DNA of 64,000 nt from Polaromonas sp. GTDB lineage: Bacteria; Pseudomonadota; Gammaproteobacteria; Burkholderiales; Burkholderiaceae_C. The stretch lies in the NCBI GenBank assembly GCA_021153985.1, contig JAJKJM010000047.1, positions 52,403 through 116,402 of the forward strand, in the 5' to 3' direction. The notes under the pieces are model-generated. The model saw only the letters and a list, made by a program, of their open reading frames with translations. It had not been told where the DNA came from and ran no database searches. Position 1 is the stretch's first letter. The number at the start of each line of letters is the position of its first letter. Of the stretch, positions 8,956 to 18,449 are shown one piece after another. The translations under genes were made by a program, and so were the position numbers.

Positions 8956-9337
8956 GTATTCACCAGCGGGGCCGCGAGACTGGCTGATCTGACCTTCCCC
9001 CGCTGGGGAAAGGTGGGGATGGGGGCCAGCGGCGCGCGGTTCATCACCGCATGCGCTATACCAACGAGGCCCCCATCCCAGCCTTCCCCCAGCGGGGGAA
9101 GGAGCAAGAGGCTTTGGTTCGCTTCCCGTCCCTGAGGGGGAACAGGCTACGCAGTGAGCCGGGACGGTAGGCGTGTATTCCCACCAGTGGGGACCGCGAG
9201 ACTGGCTAATCTGACTCCTTCCCCCGCTGGGGGAAGGTGGGGATGGGGGCCAGCGGCGTGCGGTTCATCACCGCATGCGCTATATCAACGAGGCCCCCAT
9301 CCCAGCTTCCCCCAGCGGGGTAAGGAGCAAGAGGCTT
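8956..9337. repeat. Tandem pair of ~160-bp REPIN-like units
   Basis: Units 8956-9114 and 9175-9337 are near-identical, each with inverted CCTTCCCCCGCTGGGGGAAGG-type hairpins. Confidence 0.85.
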
Positions 9338-9361
9338 GAGCATGGACAGGGGGGGGCGTGT

Positions 9362-10009
9362 CTACTGCCCGAAGCGTGGGCCCTTGAGCAGGAAGTCCGC
9401 TTCTTCAGGCGTATCGATCCGCCCCAACGCCGCATTGCGATACGGAAAGCGCCCAAACCGCGCAATGATGTCCCGGTGCTCGCGGGCGAAGTCGATGTTG
9501 CCTTGAAAGCGTTGCTTGAGCGAGTCGGGCGCGTCCGCCCGCAGCCGGGTAAAGCGCGCCACGCATTCGTCCTGCAGCGCCAGGCTCTCGGCATGCATCA
9601 GCGGCATGTACATGAACACGCGCCCGGCCCACGGCAGCTGCAGGTCGTCTCCGGCGGCCAGCACTTCCAGCACCAGTTGCTGGGCCCGCGCATCGCCGGC
9701 AAAAGCCTGGCCCTTGCCGCGAAAAACGTTGCGGGTGAACTGGTCGAGCAGGATGACCAGCGCCAGGCGATTGAGCGGCGGCTGCTCCCAGTCTTGCAGG
9801 CCGCCGTGAACGGCTGCCTTGACGTTGTTGCCAAAGCGCTCGCTGATCTCGGCGTCGAGTTCGGCGCCGCCGCCAAACCAGCGCTTGTTGAGGTCTTGTG
9901 TCGGCCAGTCTTTGCTCACACCGTCGCCCAGCCAGAAGTCCAGGACTTCAGCGGGCGTGGCGTGGTGGCCGGAAGGGGATGCGTGGGGGGAAGGTGTGGG
10001 CTCGGTCAT
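9362..10009 (-). CDS. DUF924 family protein
   Basis: VLDFW, ILLDQFTRNVFRG, FMYMPLMHAE, IIARFGRFPYRN. Confidence 0.9.
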   Translation of the reverse strand: MTEPTPSPHASPSGHHATPAEVLDFWLGDGVSKDWPTQDLNKRWFGGGAELDAEISERFGNNVKAAVHGGLQDWEQPPLNRLALVILLDQFTRNVFRGKGQAFAGDARAQQLVLEVLAAGDDLQLPWAGRVFMYMPLMHAESLALQDECVARFTRLRADAPDSLKQRFQGNIDFAREHRDIIARFGRFPYRNAALGRIDTPEEADFLLKGPRFGQ

Positions 10010-10027
10010 GACGACCGGGAGCTTAGC

Positions 10028-11191
10028 TTACCAACGGTCGGAGCGCAGCTGCAGGTCCCAAACACCCTTGCGAATCGAGTAAACGCCCACCACGCCGTAG
10101 CGCTGCTCGCCCACCGCATCCCACTTCATGGAGCCGGTGATGGGCGCGTAGCCGTCAAAGGTGCGCAGGGTTTCGGTGATTTTTTCAGGCTTGACCGAAT
10201 TGGCGCGTTTCATCGCACCGGCCAGGATGTACATCGCGTCGTAGGTGTAGTGGCCGCCGTAGGCCGGCTCCCTTTTGAAGGTTTCCTGGTACTTGGCCAG
10301 GAAGGCCTTGCCGTTGACGAACTCTTTGGCATCCAGGATGGGCGAGGTGGCATAGATGCCCTTGACGGTGTCGCTGCCCTTGAGCATGTCGGTCGTCTTG
10401 ATGGTGTCGCCGCCCAGGATGCTGATCTGCTGGTTGTAGTCGATCTTTTTGAGCGCTTCGATCAACGCGAGGATCTGGAAGTCGCCTTGCGTGGAGACGA
10501 CCACCTCGACGCCGCCGTCCTTGATCTTGCCGGCCAGTTCGTCAAACTTGGTGGTCTTGTCGTCGGACGAATACGTCACCACCACTTGCTTGTTGGCTTT
10601 TTTGAGTTCAGCGACTGCGCCGGTAGCCAGGCCCTTGCCGTAGGTGGTGCCGTCATCGACCACGGCGAATTTGTTGGCGTTGAGCTGGTTGGCGGCAAAC
10701 GATCCGATCGCGCGGGCCTGAAGGTTGTCGTTGGCCACCAGGCGGAAGGTGGTGGCCAGGCCCAGTTCGGTGAATTTGGGGTTGGTCGAAATGGCCAGCT
10801 GGGGAATGTTCTTGGCGGCATAGACCGGTGCGGCCGGGATGCTCACGCCCGAATTGAGATTGCCGATGACTGCAACCACGCCGGCATCGACCAGCTGGTT
10901 GGCGACATCCACACCGGCTTTCGGATCAGACCGGTCGTCCATGGCCACGATTTCAATCTTGACCGTCTTGCCCTTGATCTGGAAGCCTTCCTTGTTGAGC
11001 TCGTCCACGGCCATCTTCACGCCATTGTGCAAATCCTGGCCCAGCGCGGCGAGGTTGCCCGACAGCGGCTGGGCGACACCGATCTTGATGGTGTCAGGCG
11101 GGTTGTCGCAGCCGGACAGCAGGCCGGCGCCTGCAACAACAGCGACTGTCATGGCGGCCAGGGTAAGGCGGCGGGAGGGGGTCTGGATCAT
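10028..11191 (-). CDS. Branched-chain amino acid ABC transporter substrate-binding lipoprotein (LivJ/K-like)
   Basis: Lipobox LSGC; IKIGVAQPLSG, DDRSDP, GNLNSG, TYGKGLA. Confidence 0.9.
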   Translation of the reverse strand: MIQTPSRRLTLAAMTVAVVAGAGLLSGCDNPPDTIKIGVAQPLSGNLAALGQDLHNGVKMAVDELNKEGFQIKGKTVKIEIVAMDDRSDPKAGVDVANQLVDAGVVAVIGNLNSGVSIPAAPVYAAKNIPQLAISTNPKFTELGLATTFRLVANDNLQARAIGSFAANQLNANKFAVVDDGTTYGKGLATGAVAELKKANKQVVVTYSSDDKTTKFDELAGKIKDGGVEVVVSTQGDFQILALIEALKKIDYNQQISILGGDTIKTTDMLKGSDTVKGIYATSPILDAKEFVNGKAFLAKYQETFKREPAYGGHYTYDAMYILAGAMKRANSVKPEKITETLRTFDGYAPITGSMKWDAVGEQRYGVVGVYSIRKGVWDLQLRSDRW

Positions 11192-11398
11192 GGTGAGAAC
11201 CTAGGTTGACGAGAGGGTTGAGGGGTGTAACTGAATGTATATTTCGCCGTCGTTAAGCGGTAGTGGGTTTGACCTACTTTTGAATGAATGTGCGAGTAGA
11301 TAAGTTTTACTAATGGTTCGTTTTGGTTCGTTTCCCTCTGAAAATGCACCGAAACGGATCGTTTCTGTTCAGGATGGAGCATTTGGCTCACCCCTATC

Positions 11399-11608
11399 GG
11401 GCTCACTGCGTGTAGCCCTTTTCCCCTTGCAGGGGACGGCGCCTGGGGCCGGCAAAGCCGGACCCTCGGCCCCCCTGGCAAAAACCCCCTCCGCTTACGC
11501 TCTGAATCTTCAACCCAGCATGAGCCGCGGGACTGGCTTTGCCAGACCGCAGGCGGGCGGCCCCCTCGGGGGGCAGCGACCCACACGAAGTGGGGGAGCG
11601 TGGGGGCC
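11399..11608. repeat. Mosaic intergenic repeat cluster
   Basis: GGCTCACTGCGTGTAGCC matches 9145-9160 in reverse; CACACGAAGTG..CGTGGGGG matches 16984-17008. Confidence 0.6.
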
Positions 11609-11654
11609 ACATTCCACGGCGGCGATAATCCACAACTACTTTTCTGGAGCCAGC

Positions 11655-12488
11655 GTGGACATTGCACTGTTGATCAAAGCCGCCGTCATGGGCATCGTTG
11701 AAGGCCTGACCGAATTTCTTCCCATCTCCTCGACGGGGCACCTCATTTTGGCCGGCGCGCTGCTCGGTTTTGACGATGAAAAGGCCAAGGTCTTTGACAT
11801 CGCGATCCAGACCGGGGCCATCTTTGCGGTCATCCTGGTGTATTGGCAAAAGATCCGCGCCACCGCCGTGGCCCTGCCGACCGAGAAACAGGCGCAACAG
11901 TTTGTGCTCAATGTGCTCGTCGCTTTTGTGCCGGCGGTCGTGCTGGGCCTGCTGTTCGGCAAGGCCATCAAGGCCCACCTCTTCACCCCCGTGGTGGTGG
12001 CCAGCACCTTCATCATCGGCGGCTTCATCATCCTGTGGGCTGAAAAGCGCCAGCAAAACAACCCGGCCGTTGCGCGCATCCAGGAGGTCGACGACATGAG
12101 CGTGATGGATGCGCTCAAGGTCGGGCTGGTGCAGTGCCTTGCGATGATCCCCGGCACCAGCCGCAGCGGCGCCACCATCATCGGCGGCATGCTGCTGGGC
12201 CTGTCGCGCAAAGCCGCGACGGATTTCTCTTTCTTCCTGGCCATGCCCACGCTGATAGGCGCGGGCGTCTACAGCCTCTACAAAGAACGCGCGCTGTTGT
12301 CGATGGCGGACGTGCCCATGTTCGCTGTTGGGCTGGTGTTCTCCTTCCTCAGCGCCTGGCTGTGCGTGCGCTGGCTGCTGCGCTATATCTCGACCAATAG
12401 CTTTGTGCCCTTTGCCTGGTATCGCATCGCCTTTGGCATCGTGGTGCTGGCCACGGCGTGGAGCGGGTTGGTGGTCTGGGCAGAATAA
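11655..12488 (+). CDS. uppP: Undecaprenyl-diphosphate phosphatase
   Basis: [27 protein letters not shown]; GTG start after GGAG. Confidence 0.95.
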   Translation: MDIALLIKAAVMGIVEGLTEFLPISSTGHLILAGALLGFDDEKAKVFDIAIQTGAIFAVILVYWQKIRATAVALPTEKQAQQFVLNVLVAFVPAVVLGLLFGKAIKAHLFTPVVVASTFIIGGFIILWAEKRQQNNPAVARIQEVDDMSVMDALKVGLVQCLAMIPGTSRSGATIIGGMLLGLSRKAATDFSFFLAMPTLIGAGVYSLYKERALLSMADVPMFAVGLVFSFLSAWLCVRWLLRYISTNSFVPFAWYRIAFGIVVLATAWSGLVVWAE

Positions 12489-12502
12489 GGCGGGTCGCGC
12501 AC

Positions 12503-13714
12503 ATGGGCTGGGCCAACCGGTTTTGGGCGCTTCTCCTGGGCCTGCTGATGGGCCCGCTGTCGCACGCGGCCGGCCCTGTGAGCATTCCGTCGCGGGACGG
12601 AAAACTGCAGATTCCCGCCTATTGGTTTGATGCCGGCGGCAGCGAGCCGCGGCCCGTCATCATCGGGCTGCACGGTTGCGGTGGCGGGCTGGACAGCAAG
12701 GGCAATTTCGCCGAGCGCTTTTTTCGCTACGCGGGTTATTTCAACGCCGAGCGCATCCATTTCCTGCCGCTGGACAGCTTCACCCCGCGCGGCCAGAAGT
12801 CGATTTGCGAAACCCCGAACAAGCTTCGCACCATCCATGAGGCTGATCGCCGCGAGGACGTGTTCGCCGCCATCGACTGGCTGGTGAAGCAGCCGTCGGT
12901 GGATGCCTCGCGCATCGTGGTCATGGGCTGGTCGCACGGCGCGCAGACGGTGCTCAGCACGATAGACGCCAGCGACAAATACGTGCAGGCGCAAAAGGTG
13001 CAGCCGCGCGCCGCCGTCGCTTTTTACCCCGGCTGCCTGGTGAACAACAAGATGTGGAACTATGAAGTCCACGTGCCGCTGTTGATCATGATCGGTGAAC
13101 TCGATGACTGGACCTTGGCGCGCGAGTGCGTCACGCTGCACGAGCGCCTGCAAAAGAATAAAACCAACGCGGCTGTGGACCTGGTGGTCTATCCCGGCAG
13201 CTACCACGGGTTTGACGGCACCGGCCCGGTCACCCAGATGGAAAACCTGGGCAACACCAAAAGCGGCAAGGCCACCGTGGGCGGCAACCCCGCTGCGCGG
13301 GAGGCGTCGCATGTCCGTATGTTTGAGTTCCTGTCGGCGCAACTGGGCCAGCCTTTGCTGCTCTCACACGCCCAGCGCTTTAAAGGCCATCACTATGTAG
13401 CGCCGCCGGCCTCTGGCTTTGCGGCGGCTGACGACACGGCGGCGGTGCCGCTCAGCGACGCTGGCAAGGCGCGCTACGCGCACTTTCGCACGCTGCCATC
13501 ACCCAAGGCTTTTGCCGTGACCGAAAAAGGCGGCTGGTACTTCAAGGCCGGCGAGCCCGAAGCGATGGCCACGACCTTCGAGTTGTGCGCGAAGGCGAAA
13601 TCGAAATGCTGGCTCTATGCCGTGGATGACCAGGTGGTGTGGCAGGCGGATGTGGCAGCGCGCGCCGGCGCCGCAAGCCTGCAGCGAGTGGCCGGCAAGT
13701 CAAACGGGTTTTAG
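12503..13714 (+). CDS. Exported dienelactone hydrolase-family protein
   Basis: Signal peptide, LHGCGG, GWSHG, FYPGC, GELDDWT, YPGSYHGFD; extra C-terminal domain. Confidence 0.8.
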   Translation: MGWANRFWALLLGLLMGPLSHAAGPVSIPSRDGKLQIPAYWFDAGGSEPRPVIIGLHGCGGGLDSKGNFAERFFRYAGYFNAERIHFLPLDSFTPRGQKSICETPNKLRTIHEADRREDVFAAIDWLVKQPSVDASRIVVMGWSHGAQTVLSTIDASDKYVQAQKVQPRAAVAFYPGCLVNNKMWNYEVHVPLLIMIGELDDWTLARECVTLHERLQKNKTNAAVDLVVYPGSYHGFDGTGPVTQMENLGNTKSGKATVGGNPAAREASHVRMFEFLSAQLGQPLLLSHAQRFKGHHYVAPPASGFAAADDTAAVPLSDAGKARYAHFRTLPSPKAFAVTEKGGWYFKAGEPEAMATTFELCAKAKSKCWLYAVDDQVVWQADVAARAGAASLQRVAGKSNGF

Positions 13715-13715
13715 T

Positions 13716-13844
13716 TTGACTCCTTCCCCCGCTGGGGGAAGCTTGGGATGGGGGCCTCGTCGATATGGCAAACAGCTTGAGGGTTCGTATGCCGCTGGCC
13801 CCCATCCCCGCCTTCCCCCAGCGGGGGAAGGAGCAAGAGGCCTT
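13716..13844. repeat. REPIN-like inverted REP pair
   Basis: Two CCTTCCCCC..GGGGGAAG hairpins in inverted orientation between convergent genes. Confidence 0.8.
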
Positions 13845-13869
13845 AGCTGCGGCTGCCAGGCAAGGACTT

Positions 13870-15417
13870 TTATCCGCCCGCCTTGAGCTTTTCAACCAGC
13901 TCGGCGTAGCCCGCCATGGCCGCCTCGCGCGCCAGGCCTTTGCGCCCGGCCCAGGCGTCGTACTTGGCGCGGCCTGCTACGTCCATCATGCCGGGGCGCT
14001 CGCCCGTCGCATCGCCTACTGTGGCCTGCTTGTAGAAGGCGTACAGCGCCAGCAACTCATCGTTGCCCGGCGGCCTGGCCAGCGTTTTCACTGCGATGCC
14101 TGCGGCCTCAAAGGCGCGCTCGGCGTCGCTGGGTCCGGCAGGGGTTGCCGGCTCGCCAAAGTGCGCATCTTCCAGCGCCACGTCGTCCGGGAACCAGCGC
14201 GCGTCCAGCAAGCGGCCTGAGCGCACCGCAAAAGCCAGCACGCCTTGCGACATCAACCCGCCGGCCGTCAGCGTGGCGGGCAGCACGGCCACACCGGCAT
14301 TGAACACCGGCTGCCCGAAGGCGGTGAAGCGCACCGCACCGGCCCAGGGCAGCATCGCCTGCAAGCCCTTGTTGCCGCGGTAGATGCCGCTGGCGCGGTT
14401 GGCGCCGGGCTGGAACCACGCCATGTCGGACGAGCCCCTGGCAAAGATGCCGGTGAAGTCGCCGGCTTCGAGCGAGGTGCGCAGCCCCTGCGCAAATGCG
14501 GCAAGCGCGTCGGGGCTCATCTTCGGGTCGTCGACCGCCATGCCCAAAGACGCCGCGCTGCTGGCGCCGAAAAATTCAAGCACGTTGCGCGCGACCTGTT
14601 CGCGGTCGTTGTCCACGCAGATCATGTGATAGCTGTTTTCAAGCACCACCATGCGCGCCTTGGCGCCGCCGATCTGCTCGACCAGGTAGTTGGCCGAGTT
14701 CAGGCTCGTCAGTTCGTCTTCACGCGCATGGATCACGAGCGTCTCGCTCGCCATGTCTTTGAGGCCCGTCATGACCCAGCCGCGCAGGCGGTCGACCTGG
14801 CGCACGCAGGCCAGCGGCACCCAGCGGTAGTGAAAGTTTTCACCGCGCGCGAACTTGGCTTTGACGATGGCGCGCAGCTGCTCGTTCTTGATGCCGAAGG
14901 GGTCTTCTTCTTCGACCTTCATGCGCGCCTGCACACCCGGCACGTAATACATCAGATGGCGCAGCGGCGTGTACCAGGCGGTGGCCCAGCCGTCGATGTA
15001 GATGGGCGGCGCCAGCGCGATCAGCTTGCCGCGCGTGTGCTTTTGCCGCTTGGCCAGTTCGGTGGCCAGCAGCGCACCCATGCACATGCCCATGATGTGG
15101 AAGTTGTCGTGCAGCGCGGCGACCTCGTGGTACTTGGCGGTCACCGCCTCCATCCAGTGCTCGGCGGTGACATTGACCAGATCTTCCGGCGTGGTGCCAT
15201 GGCCGGGCAGGGTGAGTGAGTGCGTGACGAAGCCCGCGTTTTTGAGCCGCTTGTGCATGGAGCCCAGGTCGTACTGCGTGCCGCCCAGGCCGTGGATCAG
15301 AAAGACGGCCGGTGTGCTTTTGTCGGCTGCCGGGACAGGGCCCGCCGCATGCGCCGTTTGCGCTGTTTGCACCGCAGATACTGCGGGGCCGGGAGTGCTG
15401 GAGCTGTCCACTGCCAC
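13870..15417 (-). CDS. Alpha/beta hydrolase (GMCMG) fused to SnoaL-like and acyl-CoA-binding (ACBP) domains
   Basis: LIHGLGG, LPGHG, GMCMG, REDE, SYHM; C-terminal LLALYAFYKQATVGD..RPGMMDVAGRAKYDAW ACBP signature; GTG start 1 bp after upstream stop. Confidence 0.8.
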   Translation of the reverse strand: MAVDSSSTPGPAVSAVQTAQTAHAAGPVPAADKSTPAVFLIHGLGGTQYDLGSMHKRLKNAGFVTHSLTLPGHGTTPEDLVNVTAEHWMEAVTAKYHEVAALHDNFHIMGMCMGALLATELAKRQKHTRGKLIALAPPIYIDGWATAWYTPLRHLMYYVPGVQARMKVEEEDPFGIKNEQLRAIVKAKFARGENFHYRWVPLACVRQVDRLRGWVMTGLKDMASETLVIHAREDELTSLNSANYLVEQIGGAKARMVVLENSYHMICVDNDREQVARNVLEFFGASSAASLGMAVDDPKMSPDALAAFAQGLRTSLEAGDFTGIFARGSSDMAWFQPGANRASGIYRGNKGLQAMLPWAGAVRFTAFGQPVFNAGVAVLPATLTAGGLMSQGVLAFAVRSGRLLDARWFPDDVALEDAHFGEPATPAGPSDAERAFEAAGIAVKTLARPPGNDELLALYAFYKQATVGDATGERPGMMDVAGRAKYDAWAGRKGLAREAAMAGYAELVEKLKAGG

Positions 15418-15418
15418 G

Positions 15419-16699
15419 TCAGGCCTCGACTTCCAGCAATGCGGCAATTTGCTCCACCTGGCCGTCGGCGCCGCGCACGCTGGAAAGCCGCGCGTTCACG
15501 CTGGCCACGCGCCCGTCGCTCCAGCGCAAGGTGTTCTTCCACAAGATGTGGTCGCGCTGGCCCTGGGTCAGGTCGCGCCAGTCGGCTTGCAGCGCGGGCT
15601 GCTCTTGCGGGTCGGCGTGGGCGATGAAGTCCTGCACTGTCAGCAGCACCTTGGCATTGGTGCGCAGCAGCTCACTCGCGCCTTCGCCCCATGCTGCGGC
15701 GCCGGTCTGCGCGTCGAAGTTGGCGACCACGGTGCGGGTGGAGTCCAGCACCTGGCGGTAGCGGGTGCGCCAGTCCTGCGCCTGCGCCAGGGCCTGCGCG
15801 GCGGTGGCGCCCAGCGCATTGACCACGCCTACCAGCAGCGCCATCACGGCGACATACCCCTGGACCTCGATCACGGCCTCGCCCGGGAAACCTTCTATCT
15901 CTGAAAACGGGCCGCCGCCGGCGTTGGTCCAGGCGATCAGCGCCAGCGCGCCGATGAGCGTGGCCACCGCGGCGCCGCGTTCCTTCCAGAGGATGGCCGT
16001 CACCACGATAAAGGGCAGCGGCAAATAGGTGAGGGTGGGGCCCAGCGACGCACTGAAGCGGTCAGACACATCGGCCGAGAAGATCAACCCCGCCACCGCA
16101 AAGAACAGCAAAAAGGTGCCGGCCCCTGCCAGGAACTGGCTGCTGGCCATGCCGCCCGAGCGCTTGACCTTGAAGCCCGCGAACGATGTGACCAGCGGTG
16201 CGATCAAGAGGATGCCGACAAAGGTCGTGCAGGTCCAGACGCGCCATTCGGCCAGCACCACGATGGGCTCGGGCAGCGCCCAGGTCCAGAGTGTCACCCC
16301 GATGCTGGCGCTCAGCGCGGAGGTCAGTAGGGCGCCCAGCAGCACGCCGGCGTAGGCCTTGCCCGGCTCCATACGGCCCTCAGGCCCGGTGCTGCGCAGC
16401 AGGCGCGCCACCCAGGCGCCAAGGCTGGCGCAAAGGGCTTCGTTCAGGCCAAACGCGAGGGCCGGCACCAGCGCCAGGCCGTCCAGCAGGGCCAGCGCGA
16501 TGGTTGCCAGCGCCGCGCCTGTCAGCACCGCCGGGCGCTTGGGCGGTTTGACGGCCAGCAACGCGCCGAAGGTGACCCCCGTGGCCAGCCAGACCGATGC
16601 ACTCAGCGTCATCGCGTCGCCCATGCTTTGGGACAGCACGGCCGCGAAGGCCCAGGCAAGAAAAGTCACGCTGGCGGTGACGGCAAAACGCAGGGCCAT
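15419..16699 (-). CDS. MASE1-domain membrane protein with C-terminal PAS-like domain
   Basis: VWLATGV, about 9-10 TM helices, GGGPF, then a PAS-like tail; GAGGAGG RBS. Confidence 0.7.
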   Translation of the reverse strand: MALRFAVTASVTFLAWAFAAVLSQSMGDAMTLSASVWLATGVTFGALLAVKPPKRPAVLTGAALATIALALLDGLALVPALAFGLNEALCASLGAWVARLLRSTGPEGRMEPGKAYAGVLLGALLTSALSASIGVTLWTWALPEPIVVLAEWRVWTCTTFVGILLIAPLVTSFAGFKVKRSGGMASSQFLAGAGTFLLFFAVAGLIFSADVSDRFSASLGPTLTYLPLPFIVVTAILWKERGAAVATLIGALALIAWTNAGGGPFSEIEGFPGEAVIEVQGYVAVMALLVGVVNALGATAAQALAQAQDWRTRYRQVLDSTRTVVANFDAQTGAAAWGEGASELLRTNAKVLLTVQDFIAHADPQEQPALQADWRDLTQGQRDHILWKNTLRWSDGRVASVNARLSSVRGADGQVEQIAALLEVEA

Positions 16700-16812
16700 G
16701 GAGATCCTCCTCGGATAGGGCAGCTGTTGTACAGGCGCCGATGGTTTGTCGCGTAGTTTAGCCAACCATATGACAAACACCCCCGTCCCCCTCTGGGACG
16801 GGCGGGGAGCTA

Positions 16813-17008
16813 AAGCCTCTTGCTCCTTCCCCCGCTGGGGGAAGGCTGGGATGGGGGCCTCGTTGATATGGCGCATGCGGTGATGAGCCGCACGCCGCTG
16901 GCCCCCATCCCCACCTTCCCCCAGCGGGGGAAGGAGTCAGACTAGCCAGTCCCGCGAGCCACGGCGTGCAAGGCCTCGCGAGCTACACGAAGTGAGCGAC
17001 CGTGGGGC
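16813..17008. repeat. REPIN-like unit (inverted copy of the 9175-9337 unit) plus second repeat type
   Basis: Reverse complement of 16813-16956 nearly matches 9195-9337. Confidence 0.8.
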
Positions 17009-17014
17009 CTCTTC

Positions 17015-17047
17015 TCTATAATGTGGACCATCTATCCACAATATGGA
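17015..17047. promoter_or_regulatory. Tandem imperfect palindromes, putative IclR operator
   Basis: TCTATAATGTGGA and TCCACAATATGGA with a 20-bp period upstream of the cupin gene. Confidence 0.5.
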
Positions 17048-17062
17048 CAACGAGGATTCACC

Positions 17063-17590
17063 ATGCCAGTCGACTCCCCAGACCAGACGCCGCTGATGCC
17101 CTACCAGTACCCCAACCCGCCGGACGCCCGGCCGGAGATCGTGGTGCAGCATGCCATCCCGACGGACGAGCGGCTGTGGGTGCCACAGGCCGAGAACGTC
17201 TGGTTTCGCCCGCTGTGCCTGAACGCCAGCCAGGGCTACTGGATGAACCTGCTGCGTGTGCGAAAGTCCGGCGTGCTCAGCCGCCACCGCCATCCGCAGG
17301 CGGTGCACGGCTTTGTGCTGAAGGGCCGCTGGCGTTACCTGGAGCACGACTGGGAGGCGACTGAAGGCAGCTATGTGTTTGAGCCGCCCGGCGAAACCCA
17401 CACGCTCTACGTGCCCGAAGACGTCGAGGAAATGATCACCTACTTCCAGGTCAACGGTGTCATGTACTACACCGACCCGTACGGCAAAGGCATGGGCTAC
17501 GAAGACGTGTTTACAAAAATCGAGATGTGCAACAAGCACTTTGAAGCCGTCGGTTTGGGGGCTGACTACACCAAACAGTTCATCCGCTGA
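17063..17590 (+). CDS. 2,4'-dihydroxyacetophenone dioxygenase-family cupin
   Basis: RHRHPQAVHGFVLKGRWRYLEHDW, EPPGETHTL cupin motifs. Confidence 0.85.
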   Translation: MPVDSPDQTPLMPYQYPNPPDARPEIVVQHAIPTDERLWVPQAENVWFRPLCLNASQGYWMNLLRVRKSGVLSRHRHPQAVHGFVLKGRWRYLEHDWEATEGSYVFEPPGETHTLYVPEDVEEMITYFQVNGVMYYTDPYGKGMGYEDVFTKIEMCNKHFEAVGLGADYTKQFIR

Positions 17591-17620
17591 GATTGCATCC
17601 AGCAAAAAGTCAGGCAAAAA

Positions 17621-17682
17621 TTCAAGGAAAAAGTGGCTGCAGCCCAATAGACATCTTGGCAAGTAGCTACTCTTTTGATAGC
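17621..17682 (-). repeat. ~60-bp fixed-spacing motif, copy B
   Basis: rc: gctatcaaaagagtagc-N22-gctg..ttttt. Confidence 0.65.
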
Positions 17683-17726
17683 AACCTGTCTGAGCTGACG
17701 CCAGCTCGGACCTCACGGAGCATTTC

Positions 17727-18446
17727 ATGACCTACCAGGCAGATCTCTTCAAAGGCCAACGCGCGCTGGTCGCCGGCGCCACGCAAGGCATAGGCGCCGT
17801 CATCGCCAACCATCTGGCCGCGCTGGGCGCAGAGGTCACCGCGCTGGGCCTGGGCGGCGGCGACGGCACGCTGCACGCCGCCGTGGATGTGCGGCAAGCC
17901 GACGTGACCTCGGCGCAGAGCCTGGACGCCGCGCTGGCCAACATCGACCAGCTCGACATCGTCTTCAACTGCGCCGGCATCATCCAGCGCGGGGCCGAGC
18001 ATGACATCGAGGTCTTCCAGAAAGTGCTGGCCGTCAACCTCACCGGCACCATGCGCGTGTGCACCGCCACGCGTGAACGGCTGAAGGCCAGAGGCGGCTG
18101 CATCGTCAACACAGCGTCGATGCTCAGCTTCTTCGGCGGCGGCTTGGTGCCGGGCTACGCGGCCAGCAAGGGCGGCGTCGCCCAGCTCACCAAGTCACTG
18201 GCAATTGCCTATGCGCCCGACGGCATTCGCGTCAACGCCATCGCCCCGGGCTGGATCGCCACGCCGCTAACCCAGGCGCTGCAAGACGACCCGGCACGCG
18301 CCGGCCCCATCCTGGCGCGCACGCCCATGGGCCGCTGGGGCACACCCAAAGACGTGGCCGAAGCCGCGATGTTTCTCTGCACGCCGGCGGCCGCGTTCAT
18401 GACAGGCGTGATCCTGCCGGTGGATGGTGGCTATATGGTGTCTTGA
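17727..18446 (+). CDS. SDR family oxidoreductase
   Basis: GATQGIG, NCAG, YAASK, PVDGG. Confidence 0.92.
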   Translation: MTYQADLFKGQRALVAGATQGIGAVIANHLAALGAEVTALGLGGGDGTLHAAVDVRQADVTSAQSLDAALANIDQLDIVFNCAGIIQRGAEHDIEVFQKVLAVNLTGTMRVCTATRERLKARGGCIVNTASMLSFFGGGLVPGYAASKGGVAQLTKSLAIAYAPDGIRVNAIAPGWIATPLTQALQDDPARAGPILARTPMGRWGTPKDVAEAAMFLCTPAAAFMTGVILPVDGGYMVS

Positions 18447-18449
18447 GCG

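Noticed and set aside
8956-9337. Possible CRISPR array
   Set aside because: Units are ~160 bp with conserved rather than unique spacers; no cas genes; the 55731 and 62208 repeats also lack spacers
8835-9339. Small ORFs in the REP region (also 33946-34500, 16700-16876, 11313-11654 extensions)
   Set aside because: Translations of REP sequence (PxPxFPQRG); not real coding
9275-11209. 644-aa plus-strand ORF
   Set aside because: Antisense shadow of DUF924 and the LivJ-like gene; starts inside a REP; no motifs
14617-14640. Seventh copy of the fixed-spacing motif (..GATAGCTG)
   Set aside because: Left half-site and downstream GCT/T-tract do not match
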